A DNA stretch of 64,000 nt from a virus. Location of the stretch: the IMG/VR virus record IMGVR_UViG_3300030116_003118, positions 20,495 to 84,494 of that record; one strand, given 5' to 3'. The position numbers were made by a program, and so were the translations under genes. Shown here piece after piece: positions 1-10,657 of this stretch (positions are counted from its first letter, which is position 1; each line of letters starts with the position of its first letter). The notes beneath the pieces are model-generated. The model was not told where the DNA came from, did not search any database, and was given only the letters and a program-made list of their open reading frames with translations.

Positions 1-1279
1 TTTTTGGACTTGCAGTAGCATCTCTTCTAAGTCTTTCTCTTTCTTCATCTTCTTGTATTTCCTGTAAGGCAATACCCTGTTTTGATTTGTAGTCTTTAAT
101 ATTATTTTGAAGTCCTTCATAATGTTCTCTAAGGTCGGCAAGATATTCAAAATTAGTAACTGATTCCGCAACTCTTTTATCGCCGTTCTCATTAATAATT
201 TGTTCTAATTTATCTATAGCAGACTTAGTATTCATAATTTTAGCATATTCTTTTTCTACTTCTTTAATAAGTTTGACTAAATAGTTTCCTGCATATTCTT
301 GAAAGTCTTCTCCTTCTTTTTCTGACTCACTTTTAACATCCCAGTCCCTACGAATACTTGCAGCAATTTCATCGAGAGACCAATTTCTATCTCCATCAAC
401 ATCTTCAATAAAGTCTTCAATTAAATCATAAAAGTCTGCATCTGCACTTGTGTTTGCATTTAAATTATTTACTAATTTGTTTAAATGTATTGCTGAGTTT
501 TTATTAAATTTATATTCATCTGCGTTTAATGTCTTAATTAAAGAAGGTACAGTAGATTTATCTACTCTCTTTTGTTCAATTCTTTGTGCTACTCTTCTCA
601 GTTTGTCTGCTCTAGTAATACTTCTATTAAATTCTGATTTTAAAAATCTTTCAAATTTTCTATATAAGTCTGTAACATTTCTTTTACCGTCTGAATCTAC
701 TCTAACTAACTTCGACACAATTGCAGGATGAATCTTTTTCTTATCATTCCAGACAGATTCATTTAGACCCACTAAGAATTTTGATGTTATTATTTTTCTC
801 TCCTTTAAATCAGATTTAGTTTTATCAGTTATCCTTTGGTCTTCTTCTAAATCTATCAAAACTTCATTAAGTGTTTTTTCTTGGAGACTCATTTTTCTTT
901 CTACTTTGGTTGTTTTAGTATCTTGTAGAAATACATCAATAACTTTTAGTATGGTTTCTTTATCTTTCTCTTCAGCATATCTCATTATATTTTGTAAAGA
1001 AGATTTTATAAATTCAAATGAACTTACCTTCCAACCCTCAGGGCGTTGTCTATCTTTGAAAGAAGTCTTAAGTTGAGAACTAGTCCAAGTAATTTGAGGC
1101 TTTGGATTTATTTCATCTTTGTTCCTCTCAATATACTTGGAGATAGTTCTTCTTATTGCATACTGAACTTCTTTTAAAGTTAAATCATTTTCTGCCAATT
1201 TTTTAGCATTATCTTTTTTTCTTAAAATTCTGTAAAGTTCCACTTCGGCGGTAACCTGTTTAAGTAACAGTTCCACCAT
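1..1279 (-). CDS. Large charged hypothetical protein, truncated by the window edge (begins MVELLLKQVTAEVELYRILRKK)
   Basis: Manually read ATG at 1279 preceded by AGGTGA RBS; frame appears to run off the left edge, so it is absent from the ORF track. Confidence 0.8.
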   Translation of the reverse strand, partial: MVELLLKQVTAEVELYRILRKKDNAKKLAENDLTLKEVQYAIRRTISKYIERNKDEINPKPQITWTSSQLKTSFKDRQRPEGWKVSSFEFIKSSLQNIMRYAEEKDKETILKVIDVFLQDTKTTKVERKMSLQEKTLNEVLIDLEEDQRITDKTKSDLKERKIITSKFLVGLNESVWNDKKKIHPAIVSKLVRVDSDGKRNVTDLYRKFERFLKSEFNRSITRADKLRRVAQRIEQKRVDKSTVPSLIKTLNADEYKFNKNSAIHLNKLVNNLNANTSADADFYDLIEDFIEDVDGDRNWSLDEIAASIRRDWDVKSESEKEGEDFQEYAGNYLVKLIKEVEKEYAKIMNTKSAIDKLEQIINENGDKRVAESVTNFEYLADLREHYEGLQNNIKDYKSKQGIALQEIQEDEERERLRRDATASPK

Positions 1280-1288
1280 TAAATCACC

Positions 1289-1498
1289 TTACCACGGAAT
1301 ATTTTCGTGTCTCTTATTGTCCAGTTTTTTTGCTTTCTTAAATTGCACAACACCCGGAACATGGTCTGGTTGTTCGCGCTTTAATGTTGCCGGGTCATTT
1401 CCGACAATATCATGTCTCTTACTGACATCTTTCTTCATTGCATTTACTTCCTTGTTAATCTCCTTAACAAGTTCTTTTTTCTTATCTATTGTTGTCAT
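1289..1498 (-). CDS. Small basic hypothetical protein
   Basis: ORF tiled in the minus-strand operon, ATGA overlap with upstream gene. Confidence 0.7.
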   Translation of the reverse strand: MTTIDKKKELVKEINKEVNAMKKDVSKRHDIVGNDPATLKREQPDHVPGVVQFKKAKKLDNKRHENIPW

Positions 1499-2163
1499 TT
1501 TCTTTCACTCTCAAGATATTCTATTCCTCTATATTTTATAGGAATCTTTTTACCGCTACTTAATAATTTATCTACTTCTCTCCACTCTTTAAAGTTTATT
1601 ACAGAAAAAGAATATGGTACTCCGGGCATTGTATATCCTGTACCTCTTCTTTTATCCTCTGATTTATATCCTGTCTCTCTAACTACATTAAGGTCAAACC
1701 AACCTAGTTTTCTAAAAAGAGGATTTAATTTCTCTATTATGTCATTTTGCGCCCAAGTTCTTAAGTCATCCCAAGTCTGCCATCTTCTGTTAAATTCTTC
1801 GCTTGGAAATGTTGATACTCTTTCTCTATGAAATCTTTGTCTTCCTCCAAAAAATTCACCAGTCATTGCAGGGCGATTGTATCTTTTTGTACTAAAAAAC
1901 CTATTTAAAAAATGAAAGAAATGTGCAGGGCTACCAAAGGGTTCGGGTCGTGTAGGTGAATGCCAATAACTTTTACCATATCTTTTTTTAGATGCATTTT
2001 TCCAAATTGTTGTATAAGCCTCATCTATCTCTTCTTTGTACTTATGCCATTTAGGTTTAAGTTGGTCTAAATCTCTTGAAAAGTCTCTATCATCAAACGG
2101 TGAACCTTGTTCATCTCTTGGTAAACCAACTTCTACTTTCTTAATAGTTTGTTGCCAATTCAT
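1495..2163 (-). CDS. Hypothetical protein with N-terminal W-x-x-h-h-K tag (MNWQQTIKK)
   Basis: 222 aa ORF overlapping the portal stop codon. Confidence 0.8.
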   Translation of the reverse strand: MNWQQTIKKVEVGLPRDEQGSPFDDRDFSRDLDQLKPKWHKYKEEIDEAYTTIWKNASKKRYGKSYWHSPTRPEPFGSPAHFFHFLNRFFSTKRYNRPAMTGEFFGGRQRFHRERVSTFPSEEFNRRWQTWDDLRTWAQNDIIEKLNPLFRKLGWFDLNVVRETGYKSEDKRRGTGYTMPGVPYSFSVINFKEWREVDKLLSSGKKIPIKYRGIEYLESERK

Positions 2164-3806
2164 CCAACTCGCCTCTCTGTTCTTGAATCAACATTCTTAT
2201 TACCTGCTTCCCTCGGTAAACCAGTAAATCTTTTATCTGGGCCAGTTTCAGAAGATGGTTTATTTCTGGTTGCTGGCGGATTTTCTTGTGGAGTAGTTCT
2301 TTCTTGTTGCCCCTGTTGTTCCATAATTTGACCCATTTGACTTGCATCTATATTTGTACCAGCATAGGGGTCACGTTCAATTTGTTTGTCTTGTCCCTTA
2401 GGTGCTTTACCTTCTTCTGGTTTTGGTTTATGATAAGAAAACCTTCCCTTATCATCCATTTCTACTTCAAAGCCTAAGTTTTTAATAGACGCAGCAATTT
2501 GCACTTCTAGTTCTCTTAACCTTATTTTGGCTAACTCATCTTCTTCTTCAGAAGGAGGTAACTTTAATTTCCAATCTGTGATTCCAAATTGTTCTGTAAT
2601 AAATGGTAAAACATAATCATTCCAAATAGTTTGTGCCATTTCAACTGCACGGTTTGTAACAAGAATTTGCATACCTTCATTATTCAATCCACCACTGGCG
2701 GAATTGTCTGCCATGAAAATTTTAGATACACCATAGAACGCAGAAATTCTATCTCTTAAATCTTCTTTAACAGCAACATAATCCATTTCTTTTAGGCTAT
2801 CTAAAAACTTTATCCACTCAATAGAACCTTTACCATTTTCTGCTTCTATTCCCATAACAGGAATAAAGTGAGGGTCTTGCTCCATTTTTTCTTTAACGCC
2901 TCTCCAGAAATTTTTCATAGAATCAATATTTCTGGTTTGAACTGCAAGTAATCCTCTTGGCATTCTGCTCTTTGAATAAGAAGAATTTACATAATTTTCC
3001 ATAGCAATCAACGTAGTAATGTGATTCCAAAGAGTAAGTATTGGAGACAAACCATAAAGTCTACTTGGATTATATTTACTAAAGTGTAGAACTTCTCCCT
3101 TAATATAATACTGTTCTTCTCCATGCGCTCTATTTACATAATGAATTGGATAAGTAGGGCCACCGCATTCTTCACATCTTTCAGCAGGGTCATCCGATTT
3201 GAAATCTCTATGTCTGATACAGGTAAATCCTTCTTTTCCTTTTGTTCCTTTTTCATCAGAATAAATTGCCATGCTTACAGGGTCTCCCCTATACATTTCT
3301 TTTATTCTGTGCATTTTTATTTCGCCGTTGCCATCTAAGAAATATTCTTTAACTAGAATAACATAGGCATCATCCATGATGTTTAAATCATCTTCCATTT
3401 CTTTTAGAATATCAATAAACATTTGCTCAGATTCATTTACATACCTGTGTAAAAATTTCTTAGCATAAACTAATTGGTCTTTGTTAGGCTTTTTTAAATC
3501 TGGGCTACCGCATTCTTGACAAGCGGGAGTAGGAGACTTATGTTCATTACCACAAGAGTTACATTTTAATGCAAACTTTTCTTCCCAATGATAACCTCTT
3601 CTAAATATCTCCGTCTTTAATTGACTAGTGCAGGTTCTTACTATTACTGATTGTTGTGCAACATGATATACCACTGGTGCAGTAATCATGTATGAAGTAT
3701 CTTTTTCTTGGATACCCGGATTGAAAACTTTTCTATCAGCAGGTTTAGGAGTTCTTCTCCTAAATACATTGCGAATAGAAAATCTTCTTTGTTCTTCTTC
3801 TACCAT
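2160..3806 (-). CDS. Portal protein with two inserted Zn-ribbon-like motifs
   Basis: 548 aa; portal-like segments EVLHFSKYNPSRLYGLSPI, MPRGLL, ISAFYGVS; downstream of terminase; CNSC/CQEC and CIRH/CEEC. Confidence 0.85.
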   Translation of the reverse strand: MVEEEQRRFSIRNVFRRRTPKPADRKVFNPGIQEKDTSYMITAPVVYHVAQQSVIVRTCTSQLKTEIFRRGYHWEEKFALKCNSCGNEHKSPTPACQECGSPDLKKPNKDQLVYAKKFLHRYVNESEQMFIDILKEMEDDLNIMDDAYVILVKEYFLDGNGEIKMHRIKEMYRGDPVSMAIYSDEKGTKGKEGFTCIRHRDFKSDDPAERCEECGGPTYPIHYVNRAHGEEQYYIKGEVLHFSKYNPSRLYGLSPILTLWNHITTLIAMENYVNSSYSKSRMPRGLLAVQTRNIDSMKNFWRGVKEKMEQDPHFIPVMGIEAENGKGSIEWIKFLDSLKEMDYVAVKEDLRDRISAFYGVSKIFMADNSASGGLNNEGMQILVTNRAVEMAQTIWNDYVLPFITEQFGITDWKLKLPPSEEEDELAKIRLRELEVQIAASIKNLGFEVEMDDKGRFSYHKPKPEEGKAPKGQDKQIERDPYAGTNIDASQMGQIMEQQGQQERTTPQENPPATRNKPSSETGPDKRFTGLPREAGNKNVDSRTERRVG

Positions 3807-3809
3807 TTA

Positions 3810-5135
3810 TCATACATCCATTTTTGAATTTGCTTCCAACTTACTAATCCCATCTATATCAATGTCCCATTCATTCCAATTGAAATTAGTGTTGTCTTTG
3901 TGATTGTGATATTTCATAAGTTTAAATAACTCATCTTTTCTGTCTTTGTACCAATCTGCTTTTTTATTCTCTTTCTTTATTTTAATTAGTTCTAGCAAAA
4001 CTTTTGCATTTGGCCCTTTCATTCTAAAGTGTGGTAAACAATTTTTTAATAGTTTAGTAATATCTTTTCCAGAATAGAAATTTAATCTGTTAACAGGTCT
4101 AGTGTCTTGTGGTGACTTTTGGTCTAAATGTAATCTTCCAATGCTTCCTAATGATTTATACATTTCCATCATAAATGCTTTTCCTCTATCTCCTGTCGCA
4201 ACTAAACCTACTCTTGGATTATGATTTTTGTCCATTGTAATATATCCATCAGAGTCTATGAATGCTGCTGTGTATGCCCATATATTCTTTTTTATTTCAT
4301 CATTAAATTTATAATAAGCACCATTGACCCCAGTTATATTTTCTTCCTTTGCTAGTTTAGCAATTATTGCAGTAGAAGTTTTATCGTATAGATTCTTTTC
4401 TAAAGAATCATGAATTTCTCTTGCAGAAATACCCGGATTATTACAAACTGCTTTTAAGATTTCACTCTTCAAGACTGACTTGGGGCTAGGGTTTATAGAG
4501 GTTTCCTTTAGAATTGCTTTAAATTCTTTTTTGGCTTCTGTTGCTTTCTTTAGATTAGAAGCATACTCTTTACCAAATGAAAGTTCTTTCATATCTAAAT
4601 TTGCTTCCCAATTTTTACAAAGCGAATCCACTACTCTTCTTCTAGTATCTTCTTCACTTATTTTACTTAGTTTTAGTAAATCGCTTTCAGAACAAGTCAT
4701 ACTTTGTAAAGGAACCTTATATTTCTTTACCCAATAAATAGATTCTATACATTTGTTAAGATAATCAGAATAACCATCAATTAGATTATCAATAGCCTTC
4801 GTAAATTTAATTTTTGGTTCTCCTTTTAATGTCCTTCGATAATTTCTCATTTCTTTAACTACCATAGGAATACTATTACCCTGAATCTCATATGCCTGAG
4901 GATAAACATCTAATGCCTTTTTAGCATCTGTTAAATTCATTCCAAACTCTTCTGCATAATCTTTTGTTATATCATCATGGCTTCTTATTGGTTTGTTTTC
5001 TAACCAACTTGCGTTTTTCATGCCATCAGTTAAGTTTTCCATTTGTTCAGTTAACTTAGCCTTTTCACGCATAATTTTTGATTGTGCTTCTAATTCATCA
5101 GCCTGTTCTTCTTCTAAATCTGATTCATTTGTCAT
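3810..5135 (-). CDS. Protein with C-terminal LAGLIDADG endonuclease-like domain
   Basis: WAYTAAFIDSDGYI motif followed by LAGLIDADG-like strands and LLKNCLPHFRMK; long helical N-terminus. Confidence 0.75.
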   Translation of the reverse strand: MTNESDLEEEQADELEAQSKIMREKAKLTEQMENLTDGMKNASWLENKPIRSHDDITKDYAEEFGMNLTDAKKALDVYPQAYEIQGNSIPMVVKEMRNYRRTLKGEPKIKFTKAIDNLIDGYSDYLNKCIESIYWVKKYKVPLQSMTCSESDLLKLSKISEEDTRRRVVDSLCKNWEANLDMKELSFGKEYASNLKKATEAKKEFKAILKETSINPSPKSVLKSEILKAVCNNPGISAREIHDSLEKNLYDKTSTAIIAKLAKEENITGVNGAYYKFNDEIKKNIWAYTAAFIDSDGYITMDKNHNPRVGLVATGDRGKAFMMEMYKSLGSIGRLHLDQKSPQDTRPVNRLNFYSGKDITKLLKNCLPHFRMKGPNAKVLLELIKIKKENKKADWYKDRKDELFKLMKYHNHKDNTNFNWNEWDIDIDGISKLEANSKMDV

Positions 5136-5149
5136 CTTTTACACCCGAC

Positions 5150-6586
5150 CTAAAAATTTAAACCTATCATTCCCGTATTTTGCTCAAATAGAGGCGTTTC
5201 AGGCTCATCGAATAGTTCCATGTCATCGAGGAGCATAAACGCTTCTGTCGGCGTTTGTGAGGCCGCATTTGCTAAGGCTAGGCCCATAACCAAGTCGTCA
5301 TGCGCACCGACTCCCTCAAACTTACCAGATTGAGTAATTGAGAACATAGATAATTCTTCTAATAGTGCTTGAGTCATCTTTCTGCTGTTATTATCTCCAT
5401 ACGGAAGATGTAATTTGTTGTTTTCAAAGTTCATTTGTAGATTTAATATAATTTCTTGCTTCTTTCTACGGGTTGTATCAAAATCCCTTACATTTAAGTC
5501 GGATACAGCCCTTAACTCTTGTGTAAACGCCTTTGCGAATGTATTTGTTTCGTAAAGTATGACTTCCGGCTCAAACACTTGACCAATTAGACGTAATTTA
5601 TCAATATTTTCTCTAAATTGAACATTTTTACTTCTATCTACATGAACAATGCTTTTATTTTTCTCATCATCTACTTCTAAAACCATAATTACGTTATAAT
5701 CGCCGTCTGTAGAGATAGCAGGGTCAACACCTACATAATATTTGTATCCTTTATCTTTTCTGTGACCTAATTTAAGAATTAAATCTCTATTTTTTGCATT
5801 TTCTAAGTGTTCTTGTCCAAAAAGTGCTGTTCCTGTTGAAACTGGTATACATAGATACTCCCTAGTAAACTTTAATGAACCAATTTCTGCCTTCCTTTGC
5901 ATCAGAGCATCAAAATCCCATCTTTCAGGCCATAAGGGTTCATTCATTGAATCTAAACAGGGATATTTTCTAACTGTATAGGCTTCGTTTTCTTCTAGTT
6001 GTGAGAAAATATCAGTATAAGTAAAAGGAGTCCCTATCATTCTAAGATTAGCAGTGTGGTGAAGTGTAGGAATCATATCTCCGAAGAACCAATCAGTAAC
6101 TCTTTGAATACCAGTTAAACTAAACTCTTTCAAAGGGTCATCAATAATAATTTCTTGCGGGTGAAGACCACGAATCTGTGAACCTACTGACCTTTCAAGA
6201 ATTGAGTTGCCATTCGTTAATGTTATGTTTCCAATAGCCCATCCTCTTGTTGGTCTAAACTTTTTTAACTGTGGTAAATTAAAATATCTATCTATCTCTC
6301 TCATGTGAACAAGAGTCTGCTTTTGGTTCGATGAAATGTATAGCATCTGATATGGTGGTTCTTGGAACACTAAATTCCAAACTACCCAAGAATGCATAAA
6401 AACAGATTTTCCGTGGTCACGACTACAGACTATTACGGTTCTATCTGTGTTTGACATAGTATCTAGCCATTCTTGCATATAGGCAGGATACATCATACCT
6501 AATACATTTTGAAAGAAATAAGGAAATGAATCTTTTGACATTTGCATATCCATCTGATGAGCAAAGTTTAATTCTTCTAATTCCAT
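5150..6586 (-). CDS. terL: Terminase large subunit
   Basis: Walker A SRDHGKS, Walker B IIIDD, IGTP coupling motif, nuclease motifs VGVDPA and HDDLVMGLALA. Confidence 0.92.
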   Translation of the reverse strand: MELEELNFAHQMDMQMSKDSFPYFFQNVLGMMYPAYMQEWLDTMSNTDRTVIVCSRDHGKSVFMHSWVVWNLVFQEPPYQMLYISSNQKQTLVHMREIDRYFNLPQLKKFRPTRGWAIGNITLTNGNSILERSVGSQIRGLHPQEIIIDDPLKEFSLTGIQRVTDWFFGDMIPTLHHTANLRMIGTPFTYTDIFSQLEENEAYTVRKYPCLDSMNEPLWPERWDFDALMQRKAEIGSLKFTREYLCIPVSTGTALFGQEHLENAKNRDLILKLGHRKDKGYKYYVGVDPAISTDGDYNVIMVLEVDDEKNKSIVHVDRSKNVQFRENIDKLRLIGQVFEPEVILYETNTFAKAFTQELRAVSDLNVRDFDTTRRKKQEIILNLQMNFENNKLHLPYGDNNSRKMTQALLEELSMFSITQSGKFEGVGAHDDLVMGLALANAASQTPTEAFMLLDDMELFDEPETPLFEQNTGMIGLNF

Positions 6587-7185
6587 TATTTCTTTCTCCT
6601 TAATGATGCGTTAATTTTATTCCATTTCTTTGCCATTGGTACAGGTAAATAAATAACAAAATCCTGCCCTTTACTTGCCGCCATTTCTGCATGTTCATCC
6701 ACGACCTTCTTTGGTATAAAGTCATAGTAACTTTCTAAGTTATCTGGGTTTGTCATCCAAAATTTTCTCTTGAAAGAATCAGCCCAAGCAGTGCCTCCTA
6801 ATGTAGTATTATTGATTAAACCTATTCCGGGCTTAGAAGCCATCTTATCCATTTTTTCATTCTGTAGTTTTCTACTAATTCCTGAAAAACCTTTAGAGCC
6901 ACCACGCCTATAATCAGGATGAACTCTTGTACCTGCTAATACCCAATAGGTTCCATAATCTTGCCAACCACTATAACCAATCATTCTATTATTATCCCAT
7001 GCAGTAAGATAATCCCCTTCAAAAGTATATGGGTTTAGATTATTAGGACTTTCTCTTCGTGCAATTCTTGGATTATCTGGATTTGATTCGTTCCAAATTT
7101 CAACAATCTCTTCTTCAGAAAAAGCCCTAACAGGAAAAGTTATTCCTTTGTATCCTGTTTGTTTAAGCAAGTCAAACCAATTCAA
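6586..7185 (-). CDS. GNAT-family acetyltransferase-like protein with N-terminal tag (MNWFDLLK)
   Basis: MIGYSG strand and RVHPDYRRGG acetyl-CoA-binding motif A; TTG start. Confidence 0.7.
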   Translation of the reverse strand: MNWFDLLKQTGYKGITFPVRAFSEEEIVEIWNESNPDNPRIARRESPNNLNPYTFEGDYLTAWDNNRMIGYSGWQDYGTYWVLAGTRVHPDYRRGGSKGFSGISRKLQNEKMDKMASKPGIGLINNTTLGGTAWADSFKRKFWMTNPDNLESYYDFIPKKVVDEHAEMAASKGQDFVIYLPVPMAKKWNKINASLRRKK

Positions 7186-7249
7186 AATCCCACCACCTAA
7201 ATCTTGTTAATTTAATTTTTTTCAATGGAAGATTTTTCTTTTTTTTCAT

Positions 7250-7534
7250 TTAATAACCCATGTCCATTTTACTTGGCCCTGACAGTTCTCTAACTTTTTG
7301 ACAACAGAGCCTAATTTTTTGAGTTGATTGTAGGTTCCAAAAAGCATCCTTCTCCATCCTAAATTTCTTTTCTATGTAAGCACATAATTCTTTTCTTGTC
7401 ATTGCTTCAAAATCAGCATCTATTTTTGTCCCTAGAATTGGCCCTGTTTCTGGTGGCAATCTTGAATCTAAAATGACATATATTCTACCCATCAAATCAA
7501 TGAGTTTACTAATTACTTTGTGTCTAAGTTTCAT
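7250..7534 (-). CDS. Hypothetical protein
   Basis: 94 aa ORF tiled in operon. Confidence 0.65.
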   Translation of the reverse strand: MKLRHKVISKLIDLMGRIYVILDSRLPPETGPILGTKIDADFEAMTRKELCAYIEKKFRMEKDAFWNLQSTQKIRLCCQKVRELSGPSKMDMGY

Positions 7535-7689
7535 TTCTCATCAACTACCTTGTGTTCAAATAAATAATCCGATGCATCATCTACGGATGACCAATCATGT
7601 TCATCTAAATCATATTTATCTGCGACTTCCTCTAAATCATCTATTGCCTCATCAACTGGCTTTTTCTTTACAATGTCAAACCACTTCAT
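7531..7689 (-). CDS. 52 aa acidic protein with tag (MKWFDIVKK)
   Basis: Manually translated; ATGA overlaps on both sides; below the ORF-track cutoff. Confidence 0.75.
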   Translation of the reverse strand: MKWFDIVKKKPVDEAIDDLEEVADKYDLDEHDWSSVDDASDYLFEHKVVDEK

Positions 7690-8108
7690 GCAGTGTAACC
7701 TCCGGGTTCATCAGTTTCTATAAACATCTCAAGAATTTCTTTTCCCTTTTCAACATCTATTTTTTCTGGTCTAGGTACTCCCATCATGTCTACCATAAAA
7801 TCAGGTATCATCTTAAATCCTTCATCTGCCGCATCCCACTTTACTTTGGTTAAATAATGATAAAGAAATTCAGGGTTTGGTTCTGGTACATCAACGACAT
7901 CGCTTATTAATTTATAATTATGTTTTTGTCTCTCTATCATGTCCCTCAGTTTACTAGGAGCCATAAAAGCATCGCCAGTTCTTTCCTCTTGTTTTAATGC
8001 TAGTTTATACAGAGCCTCTACAAATTCTAAACTCTGTAATGTTTGTTTTACCATCATAAGCCCTACATCTTTTATAGGGTTTCTTTTTGTGATTTCAAAC
8101 CAACTCAT
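7686..8108 (-). CDS. Hypothetical protein with tag (MSWFEITKR)
   Basis: 140 aa ORF with ATGA overlaps. Confidence 0.75.
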   Translation of the reverse strand: MSWFEITKRNPIKDVGLMMVKQTLQSLEFVEALYKLALKQEERTGDAFMAPSKLRDMIERQKHNYKLISDVVDVPEPNPEFLYHYLTKVKWDAADEGFKMIPDFMVDMMGVPRPEKIDVEKGKEILEMFIETDEPGGYTA

Positions 8109-10657
8109 CGGAACACCGCCTTTACATGATAAACAACGTCTTCGTTCACACCGTACTTATTAGCAATACTATTCATGCTTTCAAATTCATTAACTATACC
8201 TACAATATCGGTTGCTGTTAGTTCAGTTTTATATTGACTCTTAATTAATTCTATAGTATCATTTATGTTATCAAAATCATCAAGTCTACCATAGCCTTCA
8301 TAAGTTGGTTTATTTAACATTTTTCTTATTTCATCATGAACAACAAGTACGGCTCTTTCAGGTACAGATAATCTTATCATGTCTCCTCTCTCAGTATGTA
8401 GCGACATAAAAGTTTTCATTTGATTACTCTTATTAGCATCCTTTTGGAATAACTTAGACTTGGCTGCAATAAACGCAATTAAATATTTATACATTGGTTG
8501 AGGCTTACCCTCATTATTATACTCGTCTGCAAGACGTTGTACGCTCTCGCCTCTTATTTTTAGTTGTCCTATGTTGACATTTCTATTTGTTCTAGCAATC
8601 CTTTCAAGGATAGAAGCGAAGTATTTTTTGTCTATAGATATATCATCAGTGAAATCTTCTACTATATCTAACACATCTTCTGTTGTATTTATCAATAGTT
8701 TTTCAGATGGTGATGTAGTAGTCAATGCTTTTCTATAATTATTGATTTGTATTAAATCATTCTTATCTATCAAGCCTATACCAACTGTTAAGAACTGTGT
8801 AAATAGTTGTGCTATTAATTGGTTTGGTGCGCCCCTTCCTGTAAACTGTGCTAGTTCCTGTGAGCGCAAAAATTTAGGAGTGTCTCTAAACACCATAAAT
8901 TCTCCATAAGAAGGCTTGACATAATATTCTTGTATTGCTACTAATAGGTTTTCTATTGCCTCTTCAAACTCTCCCAAGTCTTCTCTTAGTGAACCTAAGT
9001 GTCCTAATCTGAATCTGCTCATAATGTGGTAGTGTTGTTTAGTATCTTCTGTTATTTTCTTTTGGCCTCTTTCTGCATCTCCACCAGTAGGCATATCTGC
9101 TTGTTCCCATATTTCAGGCATCGTTGTTCTATTGAGAGGTTCTTCTATTAGTTCGCCTACGGCCTCCAATAAATCTAAATGGAATTTTTCCAAAGATTCA
9201 TAATTTGGTACTTTGATTTCTTTATTTTGTTTATCTTCAAAACCTAAACTTTCATCATAGAAATTATACACTTCTTGGGTAAATGGTAAATAAAACCAGT
9301 CTCTTGAAACATCAGCAACTTGTTCTCTTCTTTCTTCATGTTCATCTAAAAGTTCTTGTAGGTCTTCTGCAACGCCACTATCAATTTCATTTTCTTCTTG
9401 AATTTCTTGCTTTAGTATTTCTAAAAACTTTATGTAAGCAGTTTTACTGAATGGGTCTTTTACTATTCCTTTTTGGGCAGCGATACCATATATCGGGTCA
9501 ACCTGTGAAATTCTAGTAATATTGTCTATTTGCTTTCTAAAGTTTTCAGCCGCAATTTGTGGTGCGCCGGATTGACCTACTCCAAATTCTGCTTCAGCCG
9601 CACCTCTTTGTGAATCTCCTTCTTCCGAACCATATCCTTCATAAATATCTATATCTTCTTCATCTATTTCAAACTCTTCATCTTGTTCTTCGATGCTTCT
9701 TAAAGAATCGCCTTCATCAAAGATATCTTTTATTTTTTCTATTATGGCATTATGAACATTCATAAGAGTTTCTTCATCATCATCGCTTGCTACAGGATAA
9801 TAGATTGACCTAGATTTAATGACATAGTTCTTATCATCCATGTCCTGATACAAATCATACAGTTTCTTTAACTCACCGTCTAATTCTGTAAAGAATGTTT
9901 CCGATTCTTTCAGCCCTATTATCTTTACATCTTCAGAACCATCATCTAATTTATCTATTTGTTTTTCGATTCCTTCCCATTCTATTAGGACTTTTTGAAT
10001 GGCTCCTCTTAAATCATCAAACTTATCGTAAACCTTTTCCCAGTGGTCATAAAATTTCTTTCTTGACTTAACCATTCTTGGGTCTATTATTCCTAACAAC
10101 TCTCCTTCATCGAAATTTTGTATTTTCAATTTCTTTTTTCTAGCAGTTGATTCAAGAGAATTTGCTAGTGATGTTAGCCCTAAAGCATAATGTGACATAA
10201 CATCTAATCCCTTAGTTGTATTAATCATATCAGTAATAAACTTCTTGTTTTCATCTGAGTTATTTAATACTTCTAAATCATCCAACTCTAATGCACTCTT
10301 TAAATCATTAGGTTGAAGTTTTCTATTTCTATATCTAAATTCAGAAATGATATTTTTTATCATATTCTTACTTGTTTTTCCTCTATCGGTTCCTACCGAT
10401 AATGCAGCCATGTAATCTTTAATATATTGTTCCGAGAATCTTTTCTTTTGTAAAAGAGATTTGATGTTTTCTAACTCTTTATCTTTATTAAGAGTTTCAC
10501 TGATAAGTAATTTATGTGTGTTTGAAATATGTCCTTCTTCAAACTGCGTGTTCTTCATCTCTCTTATCTTTGCAATATATTCTTTACTGTCTACTTCATA
10601 CTTCTCAGTATATGCCCGCCGGGACAGGGTAATGTAATCCTGAATTTCTTGAGTCAT
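8105..10657 (-). CDS. Large acidic hypothetical protein, possibly virion-associated; C-terminal HTH-like end
   Basis: 850 aa ORF; ends SMNSIANKYGVNEDVVYHVKAVFR. Confidence 0.8.
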   Translation of the reverse strand: MTQEIQDYITLSRRAYTEKYEVDSKEYIAKIREMKNTQFEEGHISNTHKLLISETLNKDKELENIKSLLQKKRFSEQYIKDYMAALSVGTDRGKTSKNMIKNIISEFRYRNRKLQPNDLKSALELDDLEVLNNSDENKKFITDMINTTKGLDVMSHYALGLTSLANSLESTARKKKLKIQNFDEGELLGIIDPRMVKSRKKFYDHWEKVYDKFDDLRGAIQKVLIEWEGIEKQIDKLDDGSEDVKIIGLKESETFFTELDGELKKLYDLYQDMDDKNYVIKSRSIYYPVASDDDEETLMNVHNAIIEKIKDIFDEGDSLRSIEEQDEEFEIDEEDIDIYEGYGSEEGDSQRGAAEAEFGVGQSGAPQIAAENFRKQIDNITRISQVDPIYGIAAQKGIVKDPFSKTAYIKFLEILKQEIQEENEIDSGVAEDLQELLDEHEERREQVADVSRDWFYLPFTQEVYNFYDESLGFEDKQNKEIKVPNYESLEKFHLDLLEAVGELIEEPLNRTTMPEIWEQADMPTGGDAERGQKKITEDTKQHYHIMSRFRLGHLGSLREDLGEFEEAIENLLVAIQEYYVKPSYGEFMVFRDTPKFLRSQELAQFTGRGAPNQLIAQLFTQFLTVGIGLIDKNDLIQINNYRKALTTTSPSEKLLINTTEDVLDIVEDFTDDISIDKKYFASILERIARTNRNVNIGQLKIRGESVQRLADEYNNEGKPQPMYKYLIAFIAAKSKLFQKDANKSNQMKTFMSLHTERGDMIRLSVPERAVLVVHDEIRKMLNKPTYEGYGRLDDFDNINDTIELIKSQYKTELTATDIVGIVNEFESMNSIANKYGVNEDVVYHVKAVFR

